Source: Cystobasidiomycetes sp. EMM_F5 (Eukaryota). Taken from it: a DNA stretch of 36,785 nucleotides. Made by a program: the position numbers and the translations under genes. The stretch is taken from contig JBPGPT010000025.1 in NCBI GenBank assembly GCA_051047955.1, forward strand, positions 186,001 to 222,785, given 5' to 3'. Numbering within the stretch: position 1 is the first letter of the stretch; each line of letters opens with the position of its first letter. Of this stretch, positions 23,477-35,119 are shown piece by piece. Under the pieces are notes generated by a model, which saw only the letters and a program-made list of their open reading frames with translations, ran no database searches and had not been told where the DNA came from.

Positions 23477-23547
23477 GATTAGAAAAGTTTGAAAGCGATT
23501 AGAAAGTCTTTCAAAGGAGATTAGAAAATCGGAATGGTGATTAGAAA
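23477..23547 (+). repeat. Four phased direct repeats of GATTAGAAA (spacing 20, 22, 20 bp)
   Basis: Copies start at 23477, 23497, 23519, 23539, immediately 5' of the next CDS. Confidence 0.85.
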
Positions 23548-25711
23548 TGCACCAACCGGCCATTTACGCCTACATGGACGGGGAGCAGCACAGACGACGG
23601 CGGGGACAGGCTACGATGGGAAGACGGGCAGCGTGTGAGTGGTTGTAATGGAACACTGCGACCATCAATACAAATGCAATACAAATACTGATATTCAATA
23701 CTAAACATCAATCAACGCCAGGCTCACTGTACGCCCACCCGTCAGCCGGCGAACAGGTCACTGCGTACTCGCCGTACGCCCTGCAATGGGACTGCAGCTG
23801 TCTCGGATCCAAAGTGTCGAGTGGGCTGGCATTCCAAAACAAACGACGACGACGGCAAAGACGACGAATTACTGACGCTCTGACTCGCTGATACAGCTAT
23901 TGACATTACCCTCTACCAGAGTACCGGCGGTACACTCCATGGCTGGCGAAAGTGGGTGGACGCGATGTATACCCAGACTAAACAATGTTTTGATGCGCCT
24001 CAACGCCTTTCTTTGCAGCGTCCCATGCGCAGCAAACACCTACACTACCACCTTTGTTCCCACCTGGTGGAACTCGAGCACTTCCGCAAACCTCTACCTC
24101 CAGATACAAGACTCGTCCCAACCCGCTTGGGCAACCACATCCGGCACGGGCCCCGTCTTTGTTGCGTCGTGGAATGGCACTACCCCGGCCTCGGCCACGT
24201 CTAATGCTCACGGCGCCAACAGCACAGGCCTGGCCATAGAGAGCGTTACGGATACATCCACCGCCAGCGGCGTCACTGGCGGGAAACTGGCGGCGGCCGT
24301 AGCTGTCCCTTTGTTGGCGTGAGTGTGGAAATCAGCAGAGTTAGGATATGAATCTGACGAACAGTGACGACGATCACACTGCAGCGGAGCTATCGCAGTC
24401 GGCATATATATTCTATACTCTCGCCGCAAGGGCAAGACGCAGAGGAAACGATGGTCCGCCTATGTAGACCATCGTCTGTCGGAGGCGTCTCAGATGCAGT
24501 GGGAGCACGGCGGTCCCCCAGTCGCACCGGGGTCCAGACCTATGTCCACTACGCACTCTCGTTCCATGTCTATGGCCGACCAGGCTCATCCTGCTTCATT
24601 TACCGGCAGCCAGTCTATGCATAATCTAAACCGACCAGGCTCAGTCTACAGTCAAAACAACTTTGCAGGAGTAGGATCGACTGGTGCAGGTCGCCATGCA
24701 GGTCATGCCTACTCGAAGAGCGTACCATCTGCGCTCGCTCGAGGCGCTAATGCCAATCAACACCGTCCGACTAGCTCGTTTTACGCCTTGGATGGCCATA
24801 GTGTCGCAGAGACAATGTCAAACGCCAACAATGGCAGTATCAGTGAAAACTTTCCCGACTACTCTCACCCGCAAGCTGCAGTGGGCAAACAGATTGGACA
24901 CGGTGCGACTGCATCTCGACTGTCAAAGATTTCGTTTGCAGACACGTCGTTTGGCTCGGCCGGCAGCCATGGCGGACATAGCAGGAGTGCGACTGGTGTA
25001 GTTGACAAGCGACCGACCTCGAGTTATTACAACAATGGCAATGGATCCGTCTCTTCGCCCAATCACCATCGCTATCGTTCTTCAATGGCTTCGTCTGTCT
25101 ATCTACCTGCGAAAGTGTCGCCGTCGCTTCCGTCTGGCGGATCTCTGACCAACTTGGCTGGCGTGCAACAGCAGCAGCAATTACTGCATGGAGAGGGTGT
25201 AACAGTGTCCAGCGCTGTTTCACCACTGTCTGGTCGAACCCAATCGTACTCTGCTCTGGCGGAAGCAGCGTTTCCAGATGGACACGTCGAGTCGCCATTT
25301 GTCGATGCGCATGCCGTGTCTGCGTCATCTGCAGAGTCACCTCTATACCAGACTGCTCCTGGAGCGTCGTTGCCGCAGGATGCAAGTGGCAAGTCGCGCA
25401 AAGCCAACATTACCGTCTCTACCTCGATGCCCTTCATTTCGCAGCCTGCAGGACGCGACTCGATAATGTCTCCGGACGAGCTGCTGCAAGCGTATGCGAG
25501 TGCCAAGTCGCCTACCGTCACGTCACGTCCACAGTTGCCTGGGGGCCAGACGTCGTACTTTGGACCTCTGGCGACGCAGCAGCAACCGCAGGAGGAGTTG
25601 AGCGAGGTCAGCGCGCCGTCGAGTGCTGCTCCTGCTGCTGCTGCTACGCGGAGTGTGAGCGGCAAGAAGCCAAAGTTTAGCGGTACGATGGGGTTTGCGT
25701 TTCATCGGTGA
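23547..25711 (+). CDS. Uncharacterised single-pass membrane protein (beta-rich ectodomain, S/T stalk, TM, long Ser-rich tail); start 23547 or 23574
   Basis: Introns 23635-23721, 23821-23896, 23952-24018, 24319-24384 give one frame: CSLYAHPSAG..LQWDCSCL..IDITLY..LHGWRNV..PTWWNSSTSANLYLQI..GPVF..GGKLAAAVAVPLLAGAIAVGIYILYSRRKGKTQRKRWSAYVDHRLS joining the 24494..25711 ORF. Confidence 0.78.
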
Positions 25712-25911
25712 GGGAGAGGATATGGACACTGAGTGAATGCGTGGTCGAGTACAACGAGTGTAACGAGTACAAGGACGTTGTCTAATGAAACAATGCACAG
25801 CTTGGATGATGTTGGCAATTACCAGACCTGCCCGCTCTTGACGTTGTGGCTTGCCAATAAAACAACCAAACCAGACACAACTCGACTGCGCCTGGCTGGC
25901 TCACGGTCACC

Positions 25912-26510
25912 ATGACTGGCTCGGACAATGAGAGCGTGCTGAGCAGCCTGTCGAGCGAGACTGGGGATGGGGAGTTTGGGGTGGAAATGGAGGAGAATAA
26001 TCAGGATATCCAAGATATTCAAGATAATCAAGATGTACACAACATCCAAGACAACGACAGCGACCTATCAACCCTCACGAGCGAGCACAGCGACGGCGAG
26101 GACGGCGAGGAGGGCCAAAAGGGAGCCAGGCCAGCTCAGACGGCGAGCAGGACTGGGACGGCAACGGCAGTGACTGATATTGATGCTGGAGCTGGCAACA
26201 AGATTAAGAGACCCTCAGGATCCCATTCATCCTCGTCGTCGCCGTTATTCACAACTAACAATCCCAGCAATCCCGACAATGTTCAGAGCACCCTCAAACC
26301 ACACAAGCGCACCAACATGACCGCAGCCCACGACATGGACCGCAACGTGTCCACCATGTCGGCGTCCACGTCTGCCTCGGCCTCGACGTCCAATGGCACA
26401 GCCGGGACATATGCCCGTCGAGCCGGCGAGAGCGGGAATGATTCCCTAGACGATGACGGTGAGGACGACGACGATGATGATGATATGGACGACGACATGG
26501 ACACCTCGAC

Positions 26511-26543
<33 letters not shown>

Positions 26544-29500
26544 AGAGATGCCCCCGCTAGACAGCACCGACGCAGCAACAGATCCCGCAATGGCAGCTAG
26601 GTTGGCCGCACGAGCAGCAAGAAGACTGCGTCGTGCAACAAAGCGGCCAAGAGGGCGGCCTCCAAAGAAGCAGAATGCCCTGTCTGCGGCTGCAAAGCGA
26701 AAAGCTGGAAGGCAGATGAAGCTCAGTACCCTGACACCGGCAGATCAGGATGGCGATGAGCAAGTGAACGAGGATGTAGATGCTGTACTCGATTCAGGGA
26801 CAGCCGATAACGTTCACAACTCTGAAACGTCGGCTGAACATTACAAACATGACAGCATCGAAAACGGCAAGCAGATCAAGCGCGAAATTCTAGACGAGCA
26901 TGACGCTTTGTCGCTCGACGTACCTACCACCCATCCCAAGTCGCAGCGTCCCCCCTCGTCGTACGATCGCAGGGATGAGATTATAGGGCTAGGGCGAAGG
27001 AGCGATACCAGCGATGATAGCGTCGAAGAGGAGGGAGAAGATGACATCACAAGCGAGGCTGAGCGCCTGAGAGATCCTCCGCCGGCAATACAAGACGACT
27101 CGGATGATGAAGACTACCAGGACGCGACGCTGCATGACCAGTCTACCGCCGCCCGCGCCCGGTCAGCTAGACGGCATCGGGCCGCTGTTGCTCATCCACC
27201 AGCGTCATCGTCCACAGGTCGCCGAGCTGCGCAGCAACGCTCCAAAGCGCAGTCTTCGGTCATCGCAAAGGAGAATGCTCAATCTACCTCCCGCAACACT
27301 CCTCCGACCGGTAGCCCTTCTAGATCTATGCAGGGGCAGACAAGTCCCAGGCAGGCAAACCATGCAAAGAAAAGCTCTCTATCCTCCATTCCCTCAAGCG
27401 GCCGTAAACCGCAATCCCAGACCAACGATTTTCACAACGACGAAGAAGAGGAGAACGACAGCGATGAACTTGATGACGTGGTTGCCGACCGTTATGGTGA
27501 AATTGACGCCGCGATGGCGGCAATGCGCAAAACAAACAATACTCAAATGGACGAAGCAGATCCATCGACCGACTCGTCCGAGCCCGAAGCGCCATTATCT
27601 GCATCTCTTGGCCGACCGGTACCATCTCGGGTGTTGAGTAGCAGTCAGGGAAGCAGACCTACACTTCCTGGCATATCTATACAAGACGCAGACGCAAACC
27701 TCAGAAAAGCCGCCAACCTGTCTACGGGCAAAGACTACAATATTGGTATTGACGCCGAACAGCTTGGTGACAACGATGTCGAGGATGCCACCAGCGCAGT
27801 GTCGGATGACGTACCGATCCTGATACAAGCAAAACACATGCGCTCGCCCAAGCATGCGATACACTCGGTGGATCGCCAAGCGGTAGATGGCGATGTGGAA
27901 GCCTTCATCAGGTCTGTGCAGAATCTGCAGGACGAGGGCGAAGCCGACGGCATGAACGAAGGTACGGAGGCAAGCGCGTTATTGCGGATACCATCACATC
28001 CCCCCAGCAGGCGCCGCTCACCTGGCGCAACCAGCAAAGCCCGCGGCAAAGCAGCACTAGCAAAGGCACGATCTAGGAAACTACTACTGTCACAGCAACG
28101 CCAGCTTCAAAACGGTGGCGTCCCCCCAACGGATGGCCAGGACGTTTCAGCAACCAGCGCAGCGGAGGATCAGCCTAGCGGTGTCGAAAGAGAGCAGAGT
28201 CCAGCTGGCGGTGATACTCCCATTGCCAGCGATCACGACCATGAAGAAGGTGCGTGTAATCATTTATAAACTGCAGATGACGCGCTAAATTCGTTACGTT
28301 GGAATGTCCAGACACGAATGCAGCGAAAGTGCGAGCCGAGGCGCTAGATGCGCTAGCCAAGATCGAGATCGAGTTTGCGAGGTTGCGAGACAAGCTCTTC
28401 TTGGAACGCATGGAGGAAGTTTTGCGAGAACGATGGCAAGTCGAAAACGGTGAGAGACGCGGGTTTGGGTTCTGGCTGTAAAGGCAAACTGCTGATCACC
28501 TTTGTTAGGATCGCATCCCGAGCTCTTGCACTTGATGCAAATGGTTGAACATCGTCGCACAACTAGATTAGCGCTTGCGAAAAGAAATCTTGCCGTCGCC
28601 GAAGAGAGCAATCTCCGCCAATCAGAAGCTTGCTACCGAGCGATATGGTATGACTGGAACAGTCACAGATATGCTTTGCAACAGTCTCTGGTCGATGAAG
28701 CAAACACGAAAAGAAGACGACTTGACCGAGAAAAGCGCGCGATAGAACGCCCCAGAGTGGAAGATCTGCCTAGTGTCCTCAGGCTCTATGCTCCGCCCGC
28801 ATACCACTACTATGAGAAGAAAGCGACGGTGGCATATGGCCAGGATTACTCGGTGGAATTTGATGTGCACGACAATAAACAGCGAAAGCACAAGCGGGGA
28901 GCCGTCGGCTTGGATGAGGAAGAGATCCAGATTGATCTGCAGATGATGGGCGTGAGTTTCGGCCGATGCATTGCTCGATGGCGAACCGCATTACTAAGCA
29001 GTGTCTCACGTTCGCAGTTGCGAGAAGGCCTCGCGATACCGCCTCAGCTAAATTACCTTCACGAAGTGGGGCATACCGAATTTCCACCTGCGGATGTCAG
29101 CTATGGTATGCTCTTTGATCCGCATACGACCGTATATGGTGGTGCAGGCAACGATCAACCACCTCATCCCCTCGCTGCGAGCGGACGCACTATGAACTCC
29201 GTTTTACAGCAACAGCAACAAGCTGGACGTGGTTCGGACCCTTTCAGTAGCTATAGAGTCGTTCCGACCAGTCATTCTCTTCCTCCCACACCGTTACTAG
29301 CACAAGCTCCGCATATGTATCTGCCACGGCATCGGCCCAGCCTGGACGAACATCTTGCAACTGCAAACACCTCCCCAAAGCTTGTATCTGCAGCCGAGCA
29401 AGTCGATACGCGCGGCGATGCACCAAGTCTTACTGCGCACGCTAGTGCATCTGTCAACAAGGTGCATACTCGTCTATACGAGGCCGCAAGTACGGGACAG

Positions 29501-29584
29501 AACGATCCTGCAGTCGTGAGGTACATGTCGTCGTACTATCCATCGACAGTGTCACAAGCAGTACCTGTGGCAGCTAGCAGGTGA
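25912..29584 (+). CDS. Sds3-like family (Dep1/Sds3, Rpd3L HDAC complex) protein with acidic disordered N-terminus and AT-hook
   Basis: Introns 28250-28311, 28450-28508, probably 28952-29017. RAEALDALAKIEIEFARLRDKLFLERMEEVLRERWQVENGSHPEL...KRRRLDREKR matches the Sds3-like coiled coil; KRPRGRPPKK AT-hook at about 26641. Confidence 0.82.
26512..26541 (+). repeat. (GAC)10 coding microsatellite (poly-Asp)
   Basis: Ten perfect GAC units in the Sds3-like CDS. Confidence 0.9.
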
Positions 29585-29727
29585 TTATAGCTCCCATTAG
29601 CAACCATGTAAATTAGATCATGATGCTTGCATTAAGTCGATAAGATTGTAAGACTACATCATGTGGCATAGTAGGCACTCTAAGGGTCTGGGAGAGACTG
29701 TCTCCTCGAATATGACACGCTGCCTGG

Positions 29728-32214
29728 TTAAAGTGCCCTGCTCTTGACGACTCTGCTCGAGATGCCTGATTTCTCTCCCTGGTAGCTGGCATTGCCTAAG
29801 CCGCCCTTGTATGTTGGCTTCATGCTGGCGGACTTCTGCTGTGCCTTCTCGTAGCGTATGCGTTTCTTGACTCTTGGATTGCGTACACTCTTCGGACGTT
29901 TCGGAGTCAGGCCCTTGTTTGCCATGATCTGCCTATTGACTGCTCGCGGCCCGCTCGCATCCAATGGAGCGTTCGAGACGTACGCAGCACGGTCATTTAG
30001 GACCGATTCTTCATATTCGCCCTTCCTGGCCGCCGCCGCCGCTTTCTTGCCGCGGGAGACAAGCTCATAGTAGCCGTCTGCTTGTGCATCGTCTGCCAAG
30101 TCTTTTGAAGTGCTAAGGTCTGCTTCACCAAATGCAGCATCGTCCAGGTCTGCTGTGTCAGATGAAGCCGGATTTGCGTGTTGCTGACGTCGCAGAGCAG
30201 CGGCGCGGGCGCGCTCCTTGCTTCGATACGGAATATCGTCATCGCCTCCTTGTCGGTCTCGAGTAGCTCCAGCTCGGCTTGCAGCTTTTGCCTCGATCTT
30301 TGAGGTATAGAAGCGGAGCGATTTTTTGCGCTGGGCCTTGTCTGCCGCATCCGTCGATGACAAGAATGATGGATCCAACAAATCTGATCCAGCGCCAAAC
30401 AAGCTTGCAGCATCTTGGGCACCAGGCCGCTGGCTTGTGGTAATCGGCTCTAGGTTGAGTAAGCGGTCCTTGGCCATGCTTGCCGCATTTTCGCTGGACT
30501 GTTTTCGTTGGTTGCGACTGAGTCTTCGCTTTTTGGTTTTAGATATCAAAGCAGGTGAATGCTCTTCATGATCATCTTGCTCGTTGCCGTTGGGATGTTT
30601 CCGCTTATTGAGACTTGCGGTTGCATTGCTCTTCAATCGGCCATCGTACTGCGCTTCGTGCTCCAGCAGAGCCTCACGCTCTGCCATCAGATCCTCCAAC
30701 TCGTCCTCCTCCAGCTCGCCAAGCTGTCGCATCAGGTTGAGGCGATCCGTGGAAGACAGAATATTTCCCCCTTCATCATCGTCGTCGTCAACTTCGTCGT
30801 CTTCGTCGTCTTCACTGTCGTCATTACCACGACCATGATACAAATCCATGCGTGCTTCCTCACCCGGTAGATGAAACAAGTCCAGATCCTCCATCTTGGA
30901 TATGGCGCTTCTAAGTTTGGCCAATTGCACAAGCACGGTAGCAGACATGGTGGATGCCGCCTTGCTCTGCCTTTTGGCACGAACATGCAAGAAGAAGGCC
31001 AACGTAGTGACGTACGAGGTCATCAACTCTGCAAGGTAATCATTGGCCGGCGTCAGATCTACGAAAGACACTGGGTGCCATCGAGGTGCTTACCGAGATA
31101 CAAATAAGCAAACGCGACGGGAGGACTATCTTCTGCGTGCTGGACGAGCATCGATGTAATGTGCGTCCTGATTAGCGCCAGTCTCTCGGCACTCGCAGAT
31201 AGATCGTCTAGGAGGGCCAGCAATTCTGGCTCGGTAGCGACCAAATGGGCGATGGCCTCATCGCGAGTAGCAAAGTTGGGGATTGAAGACTTGTGAATCA
31301 AGTTGCCGGAGCCATTCATCGCGTGTTGTGCTTCGTGTGCTTTGGCGTGCAAAGTGTCATCGTCGTCTTCGCCAAAACCGTAATCCCCTTCATCGAGGTC
31401 TAGCTTGGTGTCTCGCTGTATCTTGAGTGCTTCGTAGAGTTCGAGTTGGTCAGTCTGATCGGCTTGATCGTTACGTCCTATCCTTCCAGTCCCCTCTTTG
31501 GCTACTTTGGCTTCTAGTCGAGCAATCTCTCGCTTTGAGACGTGGTATCCGCCAGTCCTCGCCCACTCATCGTCGAACGAGTCGCTGGCATCGTCGTCAG
31601 AGCTCAAACTGGCAGCATTGTCGTTGTCATTCTGTTGCTTCTCAACGTGGCCGGCCGCTTCTTCTCCTTGCACATCGCCATCACTCGAAATGTCTTGATC
31701 CTCCTGAGGCTTTGCCTTTTTAGCCTTTGGAGCGGGCTTGTCGTATCTGCTCGTCTGTGAAGTCAGAGGAATGAGCTCCTTTGTCTTGTCGTGCTTGCGT
31801 CGGGGTTTCTCCTTCTTGCTGGGAATATCATCGTTGGATGTGTCTGCTGGAATGGGATAATCACTCTGGCTGTCGAGATTCAGCGCAAGAACTTCATCCT
31901 CGTCCAGATCCAAACCGTCTCGAGTATCGTTCAGGCCATTCCGAGTGTTTCCTGCGAGTTTACAATCAGAATGGACGTTTTTCAATCAAACGAGCCCGGA
32001 ATTGCTCGCTGGCCATCGCTAGCCCACTGATATGCTTGGAGGTCCCTTCCGCAAAGCCTGGCTCGAGTGAAATCTCGTCGTCGCCGTCCTGGAATGCGTC
32101 CTGCCCGCTCAACCCGGCCTCGCTGCTGTTTGATATCCTCTGCCCTCTCCCTCCCGTTCTCCTCTCTCCTCCCTGCCGCCCTCCTCGCCGTCTGCCCTTT
32201 TCCCTGTTTGCCAT
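29728..32214 (-). CDS. SAS10: SSU processome component Sas10/Utp3
   Basis: Introns 32027-31952 and 31093-31029. PELLALL, KKSLRFYTSKI, GGDDDIPYR and C-terminal Sas10 domain RAVNRQIMANKGLTPKRPKSVRNPRVKKRIRYEKA..YQGEKSGISSRVVKS. Confidence 0.92.
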
Positions 32215-32333
32215 GGATTTGCTCGTCGTTGTCGCAAATAAAAGGAGGAAAATTGAAGGAAATTTGGATAAGTTCTTTTGAAACAAGACCAACTGGCCGG
32301 CAACGACAAAGACAACGACAACGACACGACGCC

Positions 32334-34587
32334 ATGCAGGCAGACAAGCGTAAGCGGAGCGCAGTCCAGGTCTCGCCGTCTGAATGCGCCCAGAAATGGC
32401 TGAGATGTGGATTGGATTACAAGTCGAGCAGCAGCCGGGCGAGTTTACCGTGTTGCGGGCAGACGACAATGGCTCTGGTGGGCTCAGAGTGACGGCTGAC
32501 GGCTGACGCTGACGCTGACGGCTGACTGTGCGCTTTTTCGCGGCTCAAATGTGTAAAGTAGATAGATATCCTTCGAGACGGCGAAGGTCCCGCTCAAGAG
32601 ACGACGAGCGAGACCGCAAGGCGAGGAGGTACGACGGTGTGAGCGGGAGCGGGTACGGAGACGACGGAGCCAACGGGAGCCACTCGTCGAGCAGGTCAAA
32701 GAGATACAACGACGACGCTGGAGACTCGCGAGACTACTCTCGCTCATCGTCTGGCAGAGACCGTGAACGAGACAGAGACTCGCACCGAGACTATACCAGC
32801 AGAGACCGCGATGACCGATACCGCTCGTCCAGAGGCAGCAGGGACGAGTACGGCGGCGACTCGAGACGCGGGCGCGATGGGAGAGACGGCCGCAATGACT
32901 ACGACAGTCGTCGAGGAGCAGACTACTCGTCTAGCAACGGTAGGCGCGACGATCGCGGTGGACGGGGAGGCAGAGACTCTGGACGAAGCGGTGGTGGTGC
33001 AGGCGGGGGGACTGAAGTCTTTGGCGCCGGCAACCAGCAGCGCTCGCCTACCCCAGAAGCTACAATACCCATATCGAAGCGCAAGCGCACTCGAACAGCT
33101 TGGGACATTCGCGCTCCGGGCTTTGAGACCTTTACGACAATGCAAGCAAAGATGACTGGTGAGGGCTCTATTTGCAGAATCATCACGAGGCTGACTCCGT
33201 TCTTTCTTCTCACACCAAAGGCATGTTCAATCTCCCCGGTCAAGCACGTCCTATGACTGGCTACACGTCCATGTCGACATCCATGCCATCAGCCCTACCG
33301 GATCTCCACCTTGGCTTTGGAGGTGTCTCTCCTTCAGTTGCAATGTCCATGAGTACCGGCGGTGCTGCTTTTGCCCGTCAAGCTCGACGGCTGTACGTTG
33401 GCAACATCACCCTCGAGGCATCCGAACAGAACGTGGGCGAATTCTTCAACCGTCAGATGCGCGAAAAAGGCTTTGCCATCGACAACGACCCGGCTGGAGT
33501 ACAGGGCCCCGATCCAGTTGTATCTGTGCAGGTCAACCACGAAAAGAGCTACGCGTTTGTAGAGTTCCGCTCCGCCCAGGAAGCGACTGCAGCTCTGGTC
33601 TTGGACGGCATTGTCTTCCAGTCTCAAGTCCTCAAGGTTCGCAGACCGAAGGACTATATCGGAACAGAGCACAGCGCCACTACTCATATTCCCGGAGTCG
33701 TCTCTACAAACGTGCCGGATACGCCAAACAAGATCTTCATTGGTGGCCTTCCCAGTTATTTGACCGATGTGCAAGTCATTGAGCTCCTGCAGAGTTTCGG
33801 TGAGCTTCGCGCGTTCAATCTCGTCAAGGAAGGCAGCACGAACGCTTCGAGGGTAATTAGATATGCGTTTCGGTGTTGAAGTAGCACACGCTGACCTTGC
33901 CCCGCAGGGCTTTGCGTTCTGCGAGTACGTCGACCCGAGCGTAACCGATATTGCCTGTCAGGGCTTGAACGGCATGGAAGTCGGAGATCGCTACCTGGTT
34001 GTGCAGCGAGCAGCCATCGGAGCAAACTCCAAGATGGGCGGCGGGTTTGGCGGAGACATGAATATGTCTATGGGAGTCGGCGGAGTGGACAAGGTTGCTC
34101 CAAACATCATTGCCGCTGCAACAGCGGGCGAGACTGTCGCGACTCGAGTTTTGCAGATGCTCAACATGGTCACGCCCGAGGAACTGGCAAAGGAAGACGA
34201 ATACGAGGAGATACTGGAAGATATCCGCGAAGAATGTTCAAAGTATGGTCAGGTCGTGGACGTCAAGGTTCCGAGACCCGCCGTGACCGACAGCGGCAAA
34301 TACGATCAGCGAGCATCCGAAGGCATAGAAGATCTGGGCAAGGTCTTTGTCATGTTTGAGACTATCGACGACACGAAAAAGGCAATGATGTCAATTGCGT
34401 GAGTGCTCTCCTAATGTACACATGCGTTGTATCCCGCGCTAACACGGTGCTGTTTGATGCAGCGGAAGACAGTTTGGTGGTGCGTATTGAAGAACCTGCT
34501 CTCACAAGTATGCTGACGCTGAGTCTCCCTTCTGCTGCAGGTCGTTCCATCATTTGTGCGTTTGCTGACCCAGAAAAGATGGTTTAA
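32334..34587 (+). CDS. U2AF2: Splicing factor U2AF large subunit (U2AF65 / Prp2 / Mud2 orthologue); start uncertain (32334 or 32396)
   Basis: RS/RD domain, KRKRTRTAWDI (ULM), RQARRLYVGNI and YAFVEFRS (RRM1), NKIFIGGLPSYL and GFAFCEY (RRM2), VLQMLNMVTPEEL..GKVFV..AGRQFGGRSIICAF (UHM). Introns include 32478-32558/61, 33159-33220, 33853-33907, 34399-34462, 34480-34540. Confidence 0.95.
32489..32526 (+). repeat. Tandem array of branch-point-consensus hexamers (GCTGAC x5 plus GTGAC) in a U2AF65 intron
   Basis: gtgac g gctgac g gctgac gctgac gctgac g gctgac; GCTGAC at 32495, 32502, 32508, 32514, 32521. Confidence 0.88.
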
Positions 34588-35119
34588 GAGGTGTTGCAAA
34601 AGTCGACTAAGGCGACGAAATACGGTGAGGGATAAATGCAGCGTTTGATGTATACAGCTTCTTGGCAATATGCTTTCCACGCAATGACTGCCAATGTGAG
34701 AGGCGTGAGCACTGAAGTTCATCGGGTGCTGGGGTACATTTTGCCGTTAAATTCCGACCTTTCGACTACCACCGTGTCGCAGTCAAGGTGGAGTATTGCT
34801 CTTGTCAGTCATCGCACACTACTCGCAAGATGTGACACTGGGGTGCTTCAAGATCTTGCACTTGGACGTGGAACGCGATAGTTTGCGTAACGTTGTAGCC
34901 GTACTCTCACACAGCGAGCGTCGAGTCTGGAAGCAGCATCATCCTGCAAAACCGCGCTTGACAATGTGCGCCAGATTATTGGCTGTCTGGACTTGAAACT
35001 TGATATTCCCGAAATCGAGCCGGACACGTATGTGATCCTGATGTTCATCCAGCTGGCCATTGACCATACTCTGCTCTCAGTGACTGGCCGGGAGAGTCTC
35101 GCACCCCGCTTTGGCTGCA

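Noticed and set aside
23477..23547. Repeat-spacer pattern reminiscent of a mini CRISPR array
   Set aside because: Repeat only 9 bp, spacers 11-13 bp, eukaryotic context, no cas genes.
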